Shown: positions 36,534-46,295, numbered from the stretch's first letter. The stretch is DNA of 64,000 nt from Anaerolineae bacterium (GCA_019913005.1 JAIOHL010000124.1:31107-95106), one strand, 5' to 3'. The notes: generated by a model not told the origin, from the letters alone. Made by a program: numbers and translations.

Positions 36534-37064
36534 ATGAATCATCAAAATCATCTTGATTTGCTGCGAGACGGCATCCCACAGGCAGGCGGAGTTTGGGCCG
36601 ATTTGGGATCGGGGACAGGGGCGTTTACCCTTGCACTGGCAGAGCTGATCGGGCCGACGGGTGAGATTTATTCGGTAGATAAAGATCGCGGGTCGCTGCA
36701 AGAACAAGCCAAGATCATGCAAGCGCGTTTTCCTGAAAATACCGTACATTACCTTAAGGGCGATTTCACTGAAGCGTTGGAATTGCCGCCGTTGGATGGG
36801 GTGGTTATGGCGAATTCACTGCATTTTGTCGCTGATCGTCATAAGCAAACTGTCTTGCAGCAAATCAAAGGTTATTTGAAACCGGAAGGGCGTATCCTGA
36901 TCGTGGAGTACAATACCGATTCCGGTAACACATGGGTTCCACATCCTTTTTCATATCCGAAATGGGAAAAGATGGCAAAACAGATAGGTTTTGAGCGTAC
37001 ACGCTTGCTGGCGATCTATCCGAGCCGATTTTTGCGCGAAATCTATGCAGCGGCAAGCTGGTAA
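36534..37064 (+). CDS. Class I SAM-dependent methyltransferase
   Basis: WADLGSGTG motif I, SVD, GDF and ANSLHF motifs. Confidence 0.88.
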   Translation: MNHQNHLDLLRDGIPQAGGVWADLGSGTGAFTLALAELIGPTGEIYSVDKDRGSLQEQAKIMQARFPENTVHYLKGDFTEALELPPLDGVVMANSLHFVADRHKQTVLQQIKGYLKPEGRILIVEYNTDSGNTWVPHPFSYPKWEKMAKQIGFERTRLLAIYPSRFLREIYAAASW

Positions 37065-37166
37065 GAATATAGACCGTTGCGACACGAGACTAAAGCCGCC
37101 GGGTTGAAGCCAGTTCGAAATGCGGGTCAGCCAACATAAAAACCGCTGTAGGGTAAATGATAAAAC

Positions 37167-37195
37167 TTGACCCTCTTATGGCGGAAAGTTAGAAT
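37167..37195 (+). promoter_or_regulatory. sigma70-type promoter of asnS
   Basis: TTGACC-N17-TAGAAT, 35 nt before the start codon. Confidence 0.7.
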
Positions 37196-37230
37196 ACCAT
37201 CATTTACCCAGTCTACAAAGGATTTATGAC

Positions 37231-38562
37231 GTGACTGTTCTAATCGAAAACATTGCTGGCTATGAAGGGCAGGAAGTGACTCTTAAAGGCTGGCTGTATA
37301 ACAAAACGGGCAAAGGCAAGCTCTTATTTCTGAAAGTACGCGATGGCAGCGGCTTGATTCAATGTGTGGCCTTCCAAGCCGACTTGTCGGAAGAAGTCTT
37401 TGACATAGCCAAGCGTATCCCGCAAGAATCCTCGCTGATTGTAACGGGGGTCGTCCGCAAGGATGAACGTGCTCCCGGTTTCCCCGGTGGATACGAAATC
37501 GGCATCAAAAATCTTGAAATCGTGCAGATGGCTGAAGACTATCCGATCACCCCGAAGGAACACGGCGTTGAATTTTTGATGGACAATCGCCATTTGTGGG
37601 TACGATCCTCCCGCCAATGGGCCATTTTGCGTATCCGTGCCACCGTCATCAAGGCGATTCGGGATTGGTTGGATAATCATGGGTACACGTTGGTGGATAC
37701 CCCTATTTTGTCTAGCAATGCAGGCGAAAATTCTACCGACCTGTTTGAATTGGACTATTTTGGGACGCCTGCCTATCTCGCGCAAACGGGTCAGCTTTAT
37801 AACGAAGCCAACATGATGTCGTTTGGCAAGGTGTATGCCTTTGGGCCGACCTTCCGCGCCGAAAAATCCAAGACGCGCCGCCATCTGATTGAATTTTGGA
37901 TGGTTGAGCCGGAAATGGCCTATTTCTCGCTGGAAGATTTGATGGCGATGGAAGAGGAATTTGTCAGCTATATCGTGCAGACCGTCCTTGAAACACGCAA
38001 ATTGGAACTGGCCCTGATTGAACGCGATACGACCAAATTGCAGAATGTCAAAGCACCGTTCCCACGCATCGCCTATGATGACGCGGTGGAGATGTTAAAA
38101 CAATTGGAAGCCGAAACCACCGATGCCGAACAAAAACAACTGCTGCACATGGAATGGGGCACGGATTTTGGTAGCCCGCATGAAACTGCCGTCGCTGAAC
38201 GCTTTGACCGTCCGGTGTTTGTGTATCACTACCCCACCGCTGTCAAAGCCTTTTATATGCAGCCAGTAGCGGGCCGTAAGGAAGTGTGCCGCAGCGTTGA
38301 TCTGCTCGCACCGGAAGGTTATGGCGAAATCACGGGGGGCAGTGAGCGTATTTATGATGGGGCGCTGCTGGCGGAACGGGTCAAAGAAATCGGCATTAAT
38401 CCCGAAAATTATCGGTGGTATCTGGATTTGCGCCGTTATGGGAGTGTGCCACACGCCGGATTCGGTTTGGGTGTCGAACGCACCGTTGCATGGATTTGTG
38501 GCTTGCCACACATCCGCGAAACGATTCCTTATGCGCGTATGCTGCATCGCTTGAATCCGTAA
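37231..38562 (+). CDS. asnS: Asparagine--tRNA ligase
   Basis: OB-fold start (VTLKGW...RDGSG), LAQTGQLYNE, FRAEKSKTRRHLIEFWMVEPE, GGSER and GFGLGVER motifs. Confidence 0.92.
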   Translation: MTVLIENIAGYEGQEVTLKGWLYNKTGKGKLLFLKVRDGSGLIQCVAFQADLSEEVFDIAKRIPQESSLIVTGVVRKDERAPGFPGGYEIGIKNLEIVQMAEDYPITPKEHGVEFLMDNRHLWVRSSRQWAILRIRATVIKAIRDWLDNHGYTLVDTPILSSNAGENSTDLFELDYFGTPAYLAQTGQLYNEANMMSFGKVYAFGPTFRAEKSKTRRHLIEFWMVEPEMAYFSLEDLMAMEEEFVSYIVQTVLETRKLELALIERDTTKLQNVKAPFPRIAYDDAVEMLKQLEAETTDAEQKQLLHMEWGTDFGSPHETAVAERFDRPVFVYHYPTAVKAFYMQPVAGRKEVCRSVDLLAPEGYGEITGGSERIYDGALLAERVKEIGINPENYRWYLDLRRYGSVPHAGFGLGVERTVAWICGLPHIRETIPYARMLHRLNP

Positions 38563-38611
38563 TCTTGAAACAACAATGAACTTAATCAGAGATTTGAGAT
38601 AGTAGCGGCTC

Positions 38612-39604
38612 ATGAGTAATCTGTCTGGACTTCATGCGATAATGGCAGGTAGTGGTAAACCTTATGCTGCTATAACCACCATTAGCCAGCAAATGCTTAT
38701 GAAGCTCCATCAAGGTGTTTTATATAACCTCATTGGAGCGCAACTAGAACTGAGCGACGATGAGATTCGAGGAATATTAAATCGCTTGCTGGACTACTGC
38801 TTGATTGAACCGCATGGAAATAGTTATAGACCAACCTTTTTCATCGCCAATGCAGCTGAAGTTCAGCGGATTGTCCGACATGCACAGGAAATTGGGCGGA
38901 TTTTTGCCAATCAACTTATACGGAATTGGAATCTACTGGAAGCTCTTTTTAATCAGCTTTCTCTATGCAAGGCTGGCGCTTTTGCGGATTATGCCTTTAT
39001 TCTCGTCGGTGATCGCCTATTAGATATTGGCTTGCTTTATACGCTGATGGATAATCAGGATTTGATGCCACCCGCCCCCAAACGTCCTTCACCAGACGCG
39101 CCAGATGCTCATTACTACTTCTGGATGATTGAAGGTATGGAAGACCAGCTTGGGAAGTATGGTCAAAATCAGATGACCCTACAATGGTCAAATTGGTTTT
39201 TGATTACTTTTGGACAATATCATATTCAGGGAGAACCCAATCACGAGCGTAATCTGCTGCATCAACGAGCAAAGGCAATGTTGGAACAGGCCGATTCACC
39301 AGAATCACTCTCTCAGCAGCTTGGCATTCACTTGATTGAGCCTGATGATTCAACATTATGGACAAAAGGGATACATCCACACATTGACACGATAATTCAG
39401 ACTTACAAACAGCAGGAAACCTCGATACGCGACTTGTATAGCAGCCTTCACGCCAGCCACTATGCACGACATGGGTTCGCCGAGTTCTTCTGCTGGTATG
39501 ACCATCTGGCATACTCAGCAGCAATTGATACACTCATTGAAACTAAGCATATCAGCTTGCCTGAGCAGTGTTTTGCCAGTGCGATCTGGCATGAACCTAA
39601 CTAA
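38612..39604 (+). CDS. Hypothetical protein with a possible N-terminal winged helix
   Basis: Clean 330-aa ORF between asnS and the GNAT gene; LELSDDEIRGILNRLLDYCLIE looks wHTH-like; visibly AT-richer than its neighbours. Confidence 0.6.
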   Translation: MSNLSGLHAIMAGSGKPYAAITTISQQMLMKLHQGVLYNLIGAQLELSDDEIRGILNRLLDYCLIEPHGNSYRPTFFIANAAEVQRIVRHAQEIGRIFANQLIRNWNLLEALFNQLSLCKAGAFADYAFILVGDRLLDIGLLYTLMDNQDLMPPAPKRPSPDAPDAHYYFWMIEGMEDQLGKYGQNQMTLQWSNWFLITFGQYHIQGEPNHERNLLHQRAKAMLEQADSPESLSQQLGIHLIEPDDSTLWTKGIHPHIDTIIQTYKQQETSIRDLYSSLHASHYARHGFAEFFCWYDHLAYSAAIDTLIETKHISLPEQCFASAIWHEPN

Positions 39605-39623
39605 CAGTCTAAATCGAGCAAAA

Positions 39624-40331
39624 ATGTCCCTAAGCATACAACGCCAGCACGTCCGCCAATTGTTGGACGACGCCAACCCAACCGATGCGCCAACTGCCTA
39701 TTATGCCCTGTTTCATGATCCGGCACGTTCGGCGCTTTTTACTTCGGTGAATGGCTCCGGGGCAGTACAGGGTTTTGTGGGGCGATTTCAAACCGGGCAA
39801 GATTTGTTTCGCCCTCTTGTCACCATGCGCTGCAAGACAACTGAGGTCGCACGCGAATTATTACAGCAGGCCCTTGTACCGGGTCGCCCCTACATTTTTT
39901 TCGCCAGCATGAATCAAATTCCTATTGTGGGGGACAGCCTAACCCTCGAAAACCAGAAAATATTTAGCATTTACCGTTTGGATGTGACCCGCTTTAATCC
40001 GGTCATGAACGTGCTGGTGCAGCGCAAAAAAGCTGCGAATGGCACACCGCGCATGGAAATTGTGGCGGGGAATGGGCAGGTTGTGTCAGTGGCAGGGGTT
40101 AATTGGCAGAGTCCCGGTTTTGCCGAAATTTATGTTAATACCGACACGGCGGCACGCGAACGGGGCTATGGCAAAAGTGTCGTGGCAGCATTGGTTGAGC
40201 AAATTTTACGAGAGGGCCGCGTCCCTTTGTACTTAGTGGAAACACGCAATGACCCCTCCCGCGAATTAGCCGAGGGATTGGGTTTTGTGGATACGGGGTC
40301 GCGCCAAGTATATGCCGATGCAACTTTTTGA
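39624..40331 (+). CDS. GNAT family N-acetyltransferase (likely start 39624)
   Basis: IYVNTDTAARERGYGKSVV acetyl-CoA motif A and AEGLGF. Confidence 0.82.
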   Translation: MSLSIQRQHVRQLLDDANPTDAPTAYYALFHDPARSALFTSVNGSGAVQGFVGRFQTGQDLFRPLVTMRCKTTEVARELLQQALVPGRPYIFFASMNQIPIVGDSLTLENQKIFSIYRLDVTRFNPVMNVLVQRKKAANGTPRMEIVAGNGQVVSVAGVNWQSPGFAEIYVNTDTAARERGYGKSVVAALVEQILREGRVPLYLVETRNDPSRELAEGLGFVDTGSRQVYADATF

Positions 40332-40376
40332 CAGGGTATAATATTTTATCGTCAAGGCTAACGAAGGAAGTGCAAC

Positions 40377-41378
40377 GTGGCGGATGTGATTAACCCCCAA
40401 GATATACCCGTTCTGAGCGATTCATCACCATCAGACAACCCGCGTCATGGGGTGCGAGGCAGCAAACGACATAACCCAGAAGGGGTTGTCGCAGGTCGGC
40501 GGCCTGCATGGATTAAGGTACGTGCCCCCGGCGGCGACACTTATGAATTTGTCAAATCACAGATGCGGAGCAAAACACTGCATACCGTCTGTGAAGAGGC
40601 CATGTGTCCCAATTTGGGTGAATGTTGGGGCAGCGGCACGGCGACCTTTTTGATGCTCGGCGATACCTGTACCCGTTCGTGCGGCTTTTGTGATATTAAG
40701 ACCGGGATGCCAGAGGACATGGACTGGATGGAGCCGATGCGGGTGGCCCAAGCCGTCAAACAAATGAATCTACGGCATGTCGTTATCACTAGCGTCAACC
40801 GCGACGAACGGGCCGACGGGGGTGCGCCGATTTTTGCAATGGTCATCCGCCGCATCCGTCAATTACAACCGGGGTGCAGCATTGAAGTGCTGATTCCCGA
40901 TTTCAAAGGTAATAAAGATGCCCTCAGCATTGTGATGGAAGCCCAACCCGAAATTTTGAATCACAATGTTGAGACCGTGCCGCGCCTGTTTAAGAAAGTG
41001 CAGCCGCAGGATAAATATGAATGGGCGTTGACTACGCTGCGGAATGCAAAGGCGATGGATTCATTGGTGCTGACCAAAACAGGCATTATGTTGGGCTTGG
41101 GTGAGACCTTTGATGAAGTGGTCGAGGTTATGCGTGATCTGGCTGAATTGAAAGTGGATATTTTGACACTGGGTCAATATTTGCAGCCAAGCCGATTGCA
41201 CCTACCGATTGACCGCTATTATGAGCCTGCTGAATTTGATGAATTGAAGCGTATCGGCCTTGACTTGGGCTTTAAATGGGTCGAATCCGGCCCATTGGTA
41301 CGCAGCAGCTATCATGCTGATCGGCAGGCACGCGAATTGTCGAAGCTGAATTTTGTCCAAGTTCGTAGTGGGAATTAG
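40377..41378 (+). CDS. lipA: Lipoyl synthase
   Basis: [12 protein letters not shown] auxiliary cluster motif, CTRSCGFC radical-SAM motif and RSSY. Confidence 0.97.
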   Translation: MADVINPQDIPVLSDSSPSDNPRHGVRGSKRHNPEGVVAGRRPAWIKVRAPGGDTYEFVKSQMRSKTLHTVCEEAMCPNLGECWGSGTATFLMLGDTCTRSCGFCDIKTGMPEDMDWMEPMRVAQAVKQMNLRHVVITSVNRDERADGGAPIFAMVIRRIRQLQPGCSIEVLIPDFKGNKDALSIVMEAQPEILNHNVETVPRLFKKVQPQDKYEWALTTLRNAKAMDSLVLTKTGIMLGLGETFDEVVEVMRDLAELKVDILTLGQYLQPSRLHLPIDRYYEPAEFDELKRIGLDLGFKWVESGPLVRSSYHADRQARELSKLNFVQVRSGN

Positions 41379-41383
41379 GGTAA

Positions 41384-41788
41384 ATGCCTGCCAAAGACCG
41401 CTATCATCTGGAAGTTGTTCACGCGCTCCGACAAGCGGGTTGGCAGGTATCAGATAAACCGCTCAATATCCGTATCGGGGAGCGTGATCTTTATCCAGAT
41501 ATATTAGCTTGGTACGAAGATGGCAGGCAGATAGTTGTTGAGATCAAAGTGTTCGACAGTGATTATTCCGCTGTGCATCATTTAATGGAGGCGGCGGGTC
41601 AATATAGTGTCTATCGCGCTGCCATCAAGAAACTAGGCCTGAACCTGCCAATTTATCTGGCGGTTTCTCTTGAAGCATACGAAGGAATCCTGACGGAACC
41701 ACTTGGACAACTCGTTATCAGTAGCTTAGAGATTAAACTCCTGTTGATTGATGTAGAGTTAGCGGAGGTAGTCGAATGGAAAAACTGA
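41384..41788 (+). CDS. xisH: XisH family protein (restriction-endonuclease-like fold)
   Basis: MPAKDRYH..V..AL...GW.V..KP, YPDILA, VVEIKVF, GQY..YR and LYLAV-like motifs. Confidence 0.85.
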   Translation: MPAKDRYHLEVVHALRQAGWQVSDKPLNIRIGERDLYPDILAWYEDGRQIVVEIKVFDSDYSAVHHLMEAAGQYSVYRAAIKKLGLNLPIYLAVSLEAYEGILTEPLGQLVISSLEIKLLLIDVELAEVVEWKN

Positions 41789-42078
41789 CAAAGCTAGTTC
41801 GAGAAGAGACTGAGCAATATGCAGGCCCTTCTCTAAATGCGACTTTACAAGTTGTAAATGATGAAGTTCGCCAAGTTTACACTGTGATTAGCATTGGGAA
41901 ACCACCTGCCAATGAACCCGCCAGGGCTGTCGTGATGGCCCGCGTCAGTGGTGATTTCGTGGTGATTGAGTCGGATACTACCGATAAACCACTAGTTAAT
42001 GCCCTTGTTCAAAGGGGTATACCTCGTAAGAAGATCATTCTGGCCTATCAGGGGGAAGCACTCCCTGAGACCACTTAA
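41776..42078 (+). CDS. xisI: XisI family protein
   Basis: Overlaps xisH; C-terminal IESDTTDKPLVNALVQRGIPRKKIILAY. Confidence 0.82.
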   Translation: MEKLTKLVREETEQYAGPSLNATLQVVNDEVRQVYTVISIGKPPANEPARAVVMARVSGDFVVIESDTTDKPLVNALVQRGIPRKKIILAYQGEALPETT

Positions 42079-42089
42079 GGAGTCATGGA

Positions 42090-43121
42090 GTGGAACATAA
42101 AATCGCCCTTCTCGGCTTTGGGAATGTGTTAAAAGCCTTTGCAGAACTGCTGCTCCGCAAACAGGATTATCTTAAGCAGACCCTCGACACCGAACTCAAG
42201 GTGGTAGGGATTGCCACCAACAGCAAGGGGATGGCGATTAATCCGGCAGGCATTGATCTGGCGGCGGCATTGCAATTGGTGAAGTCCGGTCAATCGCTCA
42301 ATACACTGCATGTCGGCCAGCCTGTAAACGACACCTTTGCGTTTATCCAGCAAGTCCCTGCCGAAATTATTTTGGAAGCGACGGTGCTTGATCCGCGCAC
42401 TGGACAACCCGCGCTGGATTATGTGCGGGCGGCGTTGAATGCGGGCAAGCATGTTGTTACCGCCAACAAAGGGCCTGTCGCATTCGGCTATCGGGAATTA
42501 AAAGCATTGGCTCAATCCAAAGGGCTAGGATTCTTTTTTGAAAGCACGGTCATGGATGGGATGCCTCTCCATTCAATTGCGCGAGAAGGCATGTTAGGGC
42601 TGCAAACCAACCGGATACGCGGCATCTTAAACAGCACCACCAATTCGGTGTTGACCCGTCTGGAAGAAGGCACATCCTTTGAAGAAGCAGTGGCCGAAAT
42701 GCAGCGTGCGGGTCTTGCCGAAACCGACCCCAGCAATGATATTGATGGCTGGGATGCCTCAGTCAAAATTACCATCTTGGCAAACGTCGTGATGGGGGCG
42801 GATTTGCGGCCCGGCGATGTAGACCGTACAGGTATTCGCAACGTTACCGTGCAAGATGCACAGGTGGCGGTAAAAGCAGGCAAACACATCAAATTGGTAT
42901 GTGAGGCTGTACGCGAGGGCGATAAAGTCAAAACTTCAGTGCGACCAATACCGCTGCCTTTAACTGACCCGCTGGCAAATATTACACAGACAGCCTCGGC
43001 GGTGACGTTTGAGACCGATGTCCTGCCAAATATCACCCTCATTGAAGGGAACAGCAGTCCCACCACCACCGCCTATGGGATGTTGGTGGATGCCCTCAAT
43101 ATTGGGCGGGGGCGGCGTTAA
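42090..43121 (+). CDS. hom: Homoserine dehydrogenase (short form, no ACT domain)
   Basis: GFGNV Rossmann motif, VVTANKGP, FESTV, GILNSTTN and ETDPSNDIDGWDASVK motifs. Confidence 0.92.
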   Translation: MEHKIALLGFGNVLKAFAELLLRKQDYLKQTLDTELKVVGIATNSKGMAINPAGIDLAAALQLVKSGQSLNTLHVGQPVNDTFAFIQQVPAEIILEATVLDPRTGQPALDYVRAALNAGKHVVTANKGPVAFGYRELKALAQSKGLGFFFESTVMDGMPLHSIAREGMLGLQTNRIRGILNSTTNSVLTRLEEGTSFEEAVAEMQRAGLAETDPSNDIDGWDASVKITILANVVMGADLRPGDVDRTGIRNVTVQDAQVAVKAGKHIKLVCEAVREGDKVKTSVRPIPLPLTDPLANITQTASAVTFETDVLPNITLIEGNSSPTTTAYGMLVDALNIGRGRR

Positions 43122-43137
43122 CCTCGCTACTCGATTC

Positions 43138-44235
43138 CTAGCCCATTGACGGAGGGGCTAAAGGACTCGTATCAGAAGTTGGGGCGGCAGGTTCAACAAT
43201 AGTAGGGGCAGCCTGCCACGCTGCGGGGATCTGCTCCACCAAACCCGCCTTGTCCAACGCCTTTGCCACCTGCTCAGAGAAGGGGTCAATTTCATGCCCG
43301 ATGCCAAACGGCAAGTTATTGCTGTTGCAGAAATTGGGCAGGTCATTAATCGCTAACCGCACATCCCCGAAGCGCAGTTGGTCAAGGCGCACCCCGCTCA
43401 TTACCAGCGCATCACGCAGCGCAGATGGGTCTTGTCCGTGTAGGGCAGAGGCGAATAGAATCCCCGGCCCGACGGCTTCGGCATGATCGAATTTCGCGCC
43501 CTGATTGCCCATCGAAAAAGCGAGATAATGTTCTGTGCCTTCTTCATGGCGATCATGACCGAGTTGATTAGCCAACTGCACCGACATCATGAGTAAATCT
43601 ACGAGGGTGCGGAGGGCTTCAATTTTACCCTCACCAATTTCTTTGGCACTCTTGATCGCTTGGGTAGCGAGTCCGGCAGCAACACCTGCACCCCATTGTG
43701 AAAACTGCTGTTCGGGAGTATTGCGGTTGAGTTTGGCAGCATAACGCCAGTCGAGCAAAGCCGTCACAATTGCCACTACATCCACAATTCCAGAAGCACG
43801 TTCATAGGCTGGGGCGGCTTCGATCACGCTCCAGTCAATAATTACCTCTGAGGCGGGGCCAACTTCGAGGCGGTGCATCAAGCCCTCGGCGGGGAGGGTT
43901 ACATGTGGCTCAAAAATTTCATCACTGCTGATAGCGGTAGGAACGACCACCAATGGTAGCTTATTTTTATTGGCTACAATCATGCCAGCCGTCAAGGGTA
44001 TACCTTGTCCTAAAACATAAATCACCCCTGTTTGTGATGGTAGATGATCGGCCAGATAATCCAATAGGTCGTGGTCATTGCTTGTTGGTTCAGCCTGAAC
44101 CACAAGGGGCAGATTCAAAAGGCTGCCGAAATTTGTCCATGCCGTTTCGGAAGTTAATAGTGCCACTGGGCGGGTTTCAGTGGTCATATTGAGGGGCGTA
44201 TAGGTCACTTTAGGTAAGGGCCAAACGGTGGACAT
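43138..44235 (-). CDS. Glycerol-1-phosphate dehydrogenase-like protein (EgsA/AraM; DHQS/Fe-ADH superfamily), divergent
   Basis: VVVPTAISSD, VIIDWSVIEAAP, SGIVD..A..TA..DW, EGTEH and DHAEAVG motifs; start MSTVWP at 44235. Confidence 0.7.
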   Translation of the reverse strand: MSTVWPLPKVTYTPLNMTTETRPVALLTSETAWTNFGSLLNLPLVVQAEPTSNDHDLLDYLADHLPSQTGVIYVLGQGIPLTAGMIVANKNKLPLVVVPTAISSDEIFEPHVTLPAEGLMHRLEVGPASEVIIDWSVIEAAPAYERASGIVDVVAIVTALLDWRYAAKLNRNTPEQQFSQWGAGVAAGLATQAIKSAKEIGEGKIEALRTLVDLLMMSVQLANQLGHDRHEEGTEHYLAFSMGNQGAKFDHAEAVGPGILFASALHGQDPSALRDALVMSGVRLDQLRFGDVRLAINDLPNFCNSNNLPFGIGHEIDPFSEQVAKALDKAGLVEQIPAAWQAAPTIVEPAAPTSDTSPLAPPSMG

Positions 44236-44498
44236 GGGGCGGCTCTCCAAATAAGTTCTACAAATAAACATTATCAGCACCTCTAAGTTTAAAACTGATT
44301 CAACCTTTTTGCCAACCACAATCTTGAATTCACCCCCTAAATTCAGGGAGGATAGATAAGAATTCGGCAAGAATTTTTGACAAATCGGCGACCATCTGGA
44401 TAATAATTACCCCATGCTCTGGCGAGTTTTACACGCCAAAGCGCCGTATCCGATTAAGATAAACCTTAAACGTTCCATGCGTGGAGGTAATTTAGATT

Positions 44499-46229
44499 AT
44501 GTTTTCTTCAAAGCGTTTCCGTTTTGTGGCGGTACTGTTGGCTTTACTCGTAATGGTAACGCCCGCGTATGCCAATATTAGTAATACCAGCAAGTCTGTC
44601 CAGTTCCAGTCGGACGCGACTCAGGTGGTCGTACCGGCGGGCGAACCCATCAAGATTGGTTTGGGAACTGACCTCTCTAATGTCCTTGCGGCACCCGGTC
44701 AGGACATTGCCAACGGTGGGCGTGTCGCCGTTTTGGACCGGAATGAAGCCGGTGGTATTCAGGGCTTCCAAGTTGAACTCGATGTGCAAGATGACCGCTG
44801 CGTCGGTGAAGATGCGACCAACGTTGCCAACTTGTTCGCTTCCGATCCACAGGTGGTTGCCGTCGTCGGTCATGTTTGCTCTGGTGCAACCAGCGCCGCG
44901 ATTGATGTCTATGTGCAGGCCCGTATCCCCAGCGTGTCGCCTTCCTCGACGGCTGCTTTCCTGCCTGCTAAAGGCTATGACACCTTCAACCGTGTTGCCT
45001 TCACCGACGAAGCGCAAGGGACGGTTGACGCGCGTTATATCTACAATGTGTTGGGTGCAACCACGTTAGCCGTTGTTCACGACAACAGCGATTATGGCAA
45101 GGGTCTGGCTGAGACGGTTGCAGCGGTATACGCCGAACTCGGTGGTACGGTTGCCAACGGTGGTGAACTGCTTGTGATTAGCTCCGATGAACAAGACTAT
45201 CGCGCTGTGTTGACAACACTGGCTGCTGAACCACCCGCCGTGCTGTTCTTTGCTGGTTATGAACTACAGGCGGCCCTGTTGGTTTCACAAATGAAGGAAG
45301 TCGGCTTGGCAGACACCATCTTCATGTCAGACGATGGTACCTATACTCAAGGGTATCTTGACGCCGCTGGTGAGGCCGCCAATGGCAGCTATGCCAGCTT
45401 CGTTGACACCTCTAGCTTTGCCGATGCCGAAGCTCTGGAAGCCTTCAAAGCTCGTTATGAAACCGAATTTGGTGTTGCGCCGGACGAACTCGGCCCGTAT
45501 CATGCTCACGCTTATGATGCCGCCAATATCATCATGAACGCCATTGAAACTGTTGCAACCGTTGATGCCGATGGCAACCTCGTCATCAACCGCGAAGAAC
45601 TGATTTTGGCGATTCGCAACACTACCGATTATGCTGGCCTGACGGGTACCCTGACTTGCGATCCTGCGACTGGTGAATGCGGTGCTGGTGTCATCAGCAT
45701 GAATCTGGTCGAAGATGGCGCTTGGGTTAGTGTCGAAGTGCCCGCCGAACTGCAATTTGGTGCCGACGCCGAAGGTGACGGTGGTGAAGCCGCGATGGGT
45801 GATTATGCCACTGTTGTGGACGCCGTTGCGGGACAAGCCAACCTGACCACTTTAGCAAGTGTTCTGCCAATGGCGGGCGCCGATGCTGTGGCGGCACTGA
45901 CTGGCGAAGGCCCCTTCACCATTTTCGCGCCCAGTGATGAAGCGTTTAATACCTTCATGGCTGCCAATGCGGAATTGGTCAATCAGGCACTGGCCGACCC
46001 AACCATATTGTCTGGCCTTCTGCTCTATCATGTCGTGCCGGGTAATATAACGCTGGCCGATCTTGCCGCTGGTGAACTCACCACCGTGAATGGTGCCCCA
46101 TTGACAGTTGCTGTTGATGGCGATACCGTCACGATCAATGGTATGTATACCATTACCACTGCCGACATTCTGGCTGGCAACGGTGTGGTTCACATCATTG
46201 ATGGTGTGCTGGTGCCACCCACCGAATAG
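44499..46229 (+). CDS. Branched-chain amino-acid ABC substrate-binding protein (LivK-like) fused to a C-terminal fasciclin (FAS1) domain
   Basis: IKIG...GHVCSGA...SPSST...DNSDYGKGLA...YDA (LivK). Then TIFAPSDEAF, LLYHVVPG and NGVVHIIDGVLVP (FAS1 H1, YH and H2 motifs). Confidence 0.9.
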   Translation: MFSSKRFRFVAVLLALLVMVTPAYANISNTSKSVQFQSDATQVVVPAGEPIKIGLGTDLSNVLAAPGQDIANGGRVAVLDRNEAGGIQGFQVELDVQDDRCVGEDATNVANLFASDPQVVAVVGHVCSGATSAAIDVYVQARIPSVSPSSTAAFLPAKGYDTFNRVAFTDEAQGTVDARYIYNVLGATTLAVVHDNSDYGKGLAETVAAVYAELGGTVANGGELLVISSDEQDYRAVLTTLAAEPPAVLFFAGYELQAALLVSQMKEVGLADTIFMSDDGTYTQGYLDAAGEAANGSYASFVDTSSFADAEALEAFKARYETEFGVAPDELGPYHAHAYDAANIIMNAIETVATVDADGNLVINREELILAIRNTTDYAGLTGTLTCDPATGECGAGVISMNLVEDGAWVSVEVPAELQFGADAEGDGGEAAMGDYATVVDAVAGQANLTTLASVLPMAGADAVAALTGEGPFTIFAPSDEAFNTFMAANAELVNQALADPTILSGLLLYHVVPGNITLADLAAGELTTVNGAPLTVAVDGDTVTINGMYTITTADILAGNGVVHIIDGVLVPPTE

Positions 46230-46260
46230 ACAGGCTCATCTGTCCATTTAAACTAAACCT

Positions 46261-46295
46261 ACAGGGGCGGGGTTTGCAATCTCGCCCCTGTTTTG
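46261..46295 (+). terminator. Hairpin after the binding-protein gene (partial terminator or mRNA stabiliser)
   Basis: ACAGGGGCG/CGCCCCTGT stem followed by TTT. Confidence 0.7.

Noticed and set aside
37066-37160. Possible T-box, c-di-GMP riboswitch or REP-like remnant upstream of asnS
   Set aside because: No T-box consensus, no GAAA-tetraloop/GCAAA aptamer core and no second copy seen. A good promoter lies downstream of it, leaving no room for a leader.
37324-38613. 186-aa and 172-aa minus-strand ORFs
   Set aside because: Antisense shadows of asnS.
39462-39623. 54-aa N-terminal extension of the GNAT ORF
   Set aside because: Overlaps the upstream gene by about 140 nt; the ATG at 39624 gives a cleaner start.
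44377-44406. Promoter for the liv operon (TTGACA plus a weak -10)
   Set aside because: The -10 box and spacing are ambiguous, so it is not listed as a feature.
44544-46193. Several 110-170-aa ORFs overlapping the LivK-FAS1 gene
   Set aside because: Alternative-frame or antisense shadows of a strongly codon-biased gene.
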